A stretch of 53,681 nucleotides of DNA, counting the filler, from Sphacelaria rigidula (taxonomy: Eukaryota), in assembly GCA_964200075.2 (NCBI GenBank). It is 5 parts of 5 records of this genome, joined end to end, with 100 filler letters (N's around TTAATTAATTAA, not from the genome) between each part and the next. Parts side by side here need not be neighbours in the genome. Positions count along the whole stretch, not along the records: positions 43,027 to 53,681 come from CAXNAA020006134.1; 4 more parts are not named here. One strand, 5' to 3'. The notes beneath the pieces are model-generated. The model saw nothing but the letters and a program-made list of their open reading frames with translations. It was not told the origin of the DNA and made no database searches. A program made the position numbers and the translations under genes. How positions within the stretch are numbered: position 1 is the first letter of the stretch; the number at the start of each line of letters is the position of its first letter. Below are positions 51,181 through 53,681 of this stretch, one piece after another.

Positions 51181-51413
51181 TGTAATGCGTGAGAGGACCG
51201 CGTGCTTAGAGGACCGCATCGGTATGTGAACATCCCTATGGTTAGGGTTAGGGTTAGGGTCAGGGTTAATGTTAGAGTTGTAGTCAGGAGCGTGGTACCT
51301 GCAGGGACTGACCCGATTGGTTTCGGAAAACGTGGATCCTGGGGTGTTTTGATCTACGGCACGGTCCTCTAAGCACGCGGTCCTCTAAGCACGCGGTCCT
51401 CTCACGCATTACA
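51181..51413. mobile_element. MITE carrying an internal (TTAGGG)n tract
   Basis: TIR TGTAATGCGTGAGAGGACCGCGTGCTTAGAGGACCG / CGGTCCTCTAAGCACGCGGTCCTCTCACGCATTACA; GGTTAGGGTTAGGGTTAGGGTCAGGGTTA at 51240-51268. Confidence 0.8.
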
Positions 51414-51714
51414 ACACTATATTCGTGAGATTCAGAGTGTAACATTGGATTCAGAGTGAGACCCGAAACAATTGACTTTCCCGTCGATTTTGACATCGCC
51501 ATAGTTCGAGGAGTAATGCGCCCAGCTGGTGAAGCAGTGGCTTCAATGAAAGCTGTCACCTACACGACCACCGAATTCCTCGAATGGGGTACTGTACGGT
51601 AGCTGCATGCACAGGACGTGTGCTCAAGCAAAACGAAGAAAACGTTTCCTGTAAGGAGCGCTAGAGCATCCACTCTGAATCCGGTTACACGCTCTGAATT
51701 CCTGAATGTGTTGT
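51414..51714. mobile_element. MITE copy 2 (internally deleted relative to 4708-5165)
   Basis: Near-identical to 4708-4860 and 5020-5165. Confidence 0.8.
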
Positions 51715-51754
51715 TATAAGTGTCATCGGCAAAAAACTCTACGCGGTTTCAAAA

Positions 51755-53111
51755 AGTCAGACCCTGAAATTTTGCACAAATGTGCCATGGGCCGTTACAT
51801 AGCCTTCCAAGGTCGAGACTTTCTTGACGTTTTGTATTTTTTCACCGTTTTTCGGTGGCCACACTTTTTTCGGGGGAAATTCGATCCAGTCGAACCCCCA
51901 TGAAACGGTAAAAAAACGAAATAGAAAATCTCGTTCATCCAAAGTTGCTTGATGACCTATGACACATTTGTGGAAAAATTCAGCATATAACTCCTTAAAA
52001 CGGCGTGAAGGTTTTCGAGTGTGTGCGATGAACTTCGCCGTGCCACAGTGAACCGCGAACTACTTGACCTTGGTATGAAATGACGTTTTTGGGTCTCAAG
52101 TATCAGGGAATCGAAGCGCCACGAAAGTGTGTGGGTCTCATTCTTGGGTCATGCGGCGAAATATCGTTGGCGAAATAACCGAAAATAACGTAGCGCCGGT
52201 TTTCCAGGGTCTCAGAACTGGACACCACTTCGAAATAACTACTTGGATCACGTCGGACCCCCGAAAAACGGCGAAAATGTCAACAAGTGATAGAAGTTCG
52301 TCCATTGAAACTTATGTCATGATCCATAGCACGTTTGTGCGAAGTTTTAGGGTCTAACTTTCAATAACTGCGTGAAGGTTTGCACGTTTGTGCGGGTACG
52401 GGAGCTTGGAACATGCAACTCCCGAATGCTTGGTTTTAGTAAGAAAACGTCTTTTCTGGGTGAAGTTGACGTCAATGCAAGAAGAGATTTACTCCGTGGT
52501 ATCAGGTTTTCGAGGCTCAAAACCAAAGTGTACAGACTATTCCAGGACGCATCAAATGTACCACTTATCTTTTGAGGCAATCTGTATCGCCTTCCGGGGG
52601 TCTTTGAAATCTTGTCAATGCATTTTTATTTTTATTTTATTGGGGCATCAATACCTACGAACCTGCCAAGTTTGAGGGTGATCTGAGATTTCCTACAAAG
52701 GATATGAGGGAAACCGTCACGAGGGACCCGGGGTCTTTCGTGCGTACTATCAGTGGAAATTATACGATGCCGAAACTCCACATCACCGGAACATCACGGT
52801 TTCGGGTATTTTATATAACTCAACCCCGGAGTAACCGTTTTCGATTATTTTTTTTTCTGTAAGATTCCCAAGCTGATGGCGGTTACGAGGATTAGAACCA
52901 TGTAGATATTCGTGTTGTCAATTTCAGAATAATTTGAAGGGCGCTGATTGGTCGAAGCACCTTTTCGCCTTTTGCGCTTCTAGCATCATCTTCAACACAA
53001 ACTCCGGCTATGTCACGGTCTTCAACTGAACATGGTGGTCAGTAGGATATCATGTATGCGACGATTGGGTAGGTTTTGGGAAAGGCGTTGGCTGATAACA
53101 CGATTTGGGGT
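51755..53111 (+). mobile_element. ~1.4-kb non-coding repeat, copy 2
   Basis: Collinear with 17720-19180. Confidence 0.75.
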
Positions 53112-53681
53112 GTTAATCTTGAACCAATTTGTATTACTGTCGAAACACAGCCACAGTACATCATCCCCCTACAGTGCATTACACATCTCAGGACGGTGGA
53201 TCCTGCTTATTGTCCTGTTTACACGAATGGGACTCACCAATGCAACCACGCAGCATCAAGTTACAAGTTGTTAGCACCAACCGTGCCTCATACATTACGG
53301 ACAAGTGCTGCATGTTACGGCACAAAATGTCTTGCAAACAAGTAATGGCAATCCGATCTTACAGGATACTGATACCCAACCGAGCGAACATGAACCACAC
53401 ATGGCCCTGGATGAACGAAATCACGTTACTTTTTTCGAAATCAAAACAACACACGAAGATCCATCGATCTAGGTGCTTACAGCCATAGATCGACTCTTTG
53501 AGTAGTCGATCTGGCGGTGCAACATCGAGTACATTGCCATTCAGCGCGTGGTGTCGTACCGTTCGGGTGCCTGAATGAGGTGTTTCTCCATATCTACTCG
53601 CATATATATTCCACAATTTGCCGTCAACTACTTTCTCGATAGCGGTTCGGCAGCACTCTCGCTTCGCCTTCCATGACCACC

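Overview
Eukaryotic, repeat-rich genomic window of about 50% GC. It is most likely from a brown alga or other stramenopile; this is inferred from the intron-dense gene structure, TTAGGG tracts, a GGAI/FxxN-repeat exon and the transposon types. Four 100-nt artificial spacers (44N-TTAATTAATTAA-44N) and one 10-N gap interrupt it, so adjacency across gaps is unproven. The one well-supported host gene is invisible as a whole in the ORF track: a minus-strand glycoside hydrolase family 88 (unsaturated glucuronyl hydrolase-like) gene. I reconstructed it as 10 exons (10098 down to 2487, 389 codons, 9 GT-AG introns with consistent phases); its 3' end is unresolved. The rest is mostly transposon-derived. 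It includes a full-length 5.5-kb hAT element with terminal inverted repeats (TIRs), a perfect 8-bp target-site duplication (TSD) and a split BED-finger/DDE transposase with premature stops. It also holds a same-strand stack of decayed retroelements (DIRS-type tyrosine recombinase, chromodomain Ty3/Gypsy pol, Ty1/Copia RNase H), a second hAT fragment, many MITE-like elements (some carrying telomeric repeats), tRNA-like SINE heads and microsatellites. I found no CRISPR array, rRNA or prokaryotic operon, and no clearly novel multi-gene system that the sequence supports.
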